Under the pieces are notes generated by a model, which saw nothing but the letters and a program-made list of their open reading frames with translations, did not search any database and had not been told where the DNA came from. DNA of 64,000 nt from NCBI GenBank assembly GCA_016186825.1, contig JACPKW010000005.1:66025-130024 (forward strand), read 5' to 3'. This DNA is from Candidatus Giovannonibacteria bacterium. GTDB lineage: Bacteria; Patescibacteriota; Minisyncoccia; JACPKW01; UBA11713. Both the position numbers and the translations under genes were made by a program. This document shows, piece by piece, positions 62,972 through 64,000 of the stretch (within the stretch, counting starts at the first letter, position 1; each line of letters opens with the position of its first letter).

Positions 62972-63034
62972 TTGTCTCTTAAGTCTCAATAGTTTAAATT
63001 TACTTAATGCGGCTAATGAGTTATATTTTACAAT

Positions 63035-63475
63035 ATGAATCTAAATAAGGTATTTTTAATCGGCAACCTTACTCGGGATCCCGAAATGCGCTCTCTCCCG
63101 AGCGGCCAACCCGTAACGACTTTCGGGATAGCAACAAACAGAACCTGGACTTCAAACGGGAAAAAAGAATCAAGGGCTGAATTTCATAACATCGTCATGT
63201 TCGGAAGATTAGCTGAAATAGCGAGCCAGTATTTAAATAAAGGGAAAATGGTTTTTATTGAAGGAAGAATGCAAACGCGGAGTTGGGACGGCAAAGATGG
63301 GACTAAGAAGAATCGGACGGAAATTGTGGCCGAAGCCATGCAGCTCGGGCCGCGTGGCGGCGATGGAAGTTATCGCGGCAAGAACGAACAGGAACCAGAA
63401 AAGAGCGAAAAAGAAGAGATCAGCACCATTGAATATCCCGCGGAAGACATTAATCCAGATGATATACCATTCTGA
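63035..63475 (+). CDS. ssb: Single-stranded DNA-binding protein
   Basis: NKVFLIGNLTRDPE, C-terminal DDIPF. Confidence 0.97.
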   Translation: MNLNKVFLIGNLTRDPEMRSLPSGQPVTTFGIATNRTWTSNGKKESRAEFHNIVMFGRLAEIASQYLNKGKMVFIEGRMQTRSWDGKDGTKKNRTEIVAEAMQLGPRGGDGSYRGKNEQEPEKSEKEEISTIEYPAEDINPDDIPF

Positions 63476-63508
63476 CTTTAAAATTGTATTATGGAATAAA
63501 TTTAAATT

Positions 63509-63715
63509 ATGGCCGATAAACAGTGCTATTTTTGCACATCAAACATAAAAAATATTGACTATAAAGACAACGAAAGCCTAAAAAAGTTTACTGATCCTCA
63601 AGCCCGAATTATGCCGAGAAAAAGAACCGGCATTTGCGCGCTTCATCAGCGAAAACTGTCCCGCTCGATTAAACGCGCGCGGGTTTTAGGATTGATGCCT
63701 TTTTTGACTGAATAA
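63509..63715 (+). CDS. rpsR: 30S ribosomal protein S18
   Basis: CYFC, IDYKD, HQRKL...IKRAR. Confidence 0.96.
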   Translation: MADKQCYFCTSNIKNIDYKDNESLKKFTDPQARIMPRKRTGICALHQRKLSRSIKRARVLGLMPFLTE

Positions 63716-63814
63716 ATCCCGTTAGAAATCTCGCGGGGTATTTGTATCCCCGCGGGAATTGGACCCAGCGGGCAACCCGCGCCGCAAGCGGCGGGGTATT
63801 ATTTCTGACGGGAT
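63716..63814. repeat. Miniature inverted-repeat element with internal hairpins
   Basis: ATCCCGTTAGAAAT...ATTTCTGACGGGAT; internal GC stems. Confidence 0.75.
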
Positions 63815-63828
63815 AAAATCAGATCAAA

Positions 63829-64000
63829 TTAATTTAAACTGTCGAGTTCTTTTTTGATTGAGAAATTTTCCGGATCTATTTTAAGGGCTTCCGTAAAATA
63901 CTGGCGCGCTTTAGCTTTGTCAGTCGTTTTATAATAGTCTCCCAGCCAAATTAACACCTGGACATTCCCCGGATTTTTTTGGAGCGCTTCTAACAAAACG
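63829..64000 (-). CDS. TPR-like protein, C-terminal part
   Basis: ...LIWLGDYYK...KARQYFTEALKIDPEN...LN*. Confidence 0.65.
   Translation of the reverse strand, partial: VLLEALQKNPGNVQVLIWLGDYYKTTDKAKARQYFTEALKIDPENFSIKKELDSLN

Overview
Bacterial window, standard genetic code. Gene content and repeat types suggest Patescibacteria/CPR (Parcubacteria-like); this is inferred. The right half is mostly housekeeping genes: rpoD, dnaG, alr, pyrH, htpX, lemA, groESL with CIRCE, uvrA, uvrC, secG, rnj, trpS, ychF and rpsF-ssb-rpsR. The left half is accessory: glycogen/trehalose genes, ORFans, an exopolysaccharide operon and glycosyltransferases. The main find is a ~7.5 kb large-serine-recombinase element (13455-20953) integrated at the 3' end of a group-I-intron-containing tRNA-Asn. 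It carries an internal inverted copy of its own predicted attP junction, so both the cargo (XRE + SNF2 helicase + DUF2779) and the recombinase gene are bracketed by long inverted repeats. The crossover core lies inside the recombinase ORF, so recombination or inversion would swap the enzyme's C-terminus. A ~105 bp miniature with similar architecture lies next to tRNA-Ser. Both other tRNA loci are also remodelled: a GIY-YIG gene sits between duplicated tRNA-Ser 5' ends, an intact tRNA-Leu(CAG) is nested inside a disrupted tRNA-Leu, and short palindromic elements are repeatedly inserted into tRNA fragments. No database searches were run; family calls come from recognised motifs.
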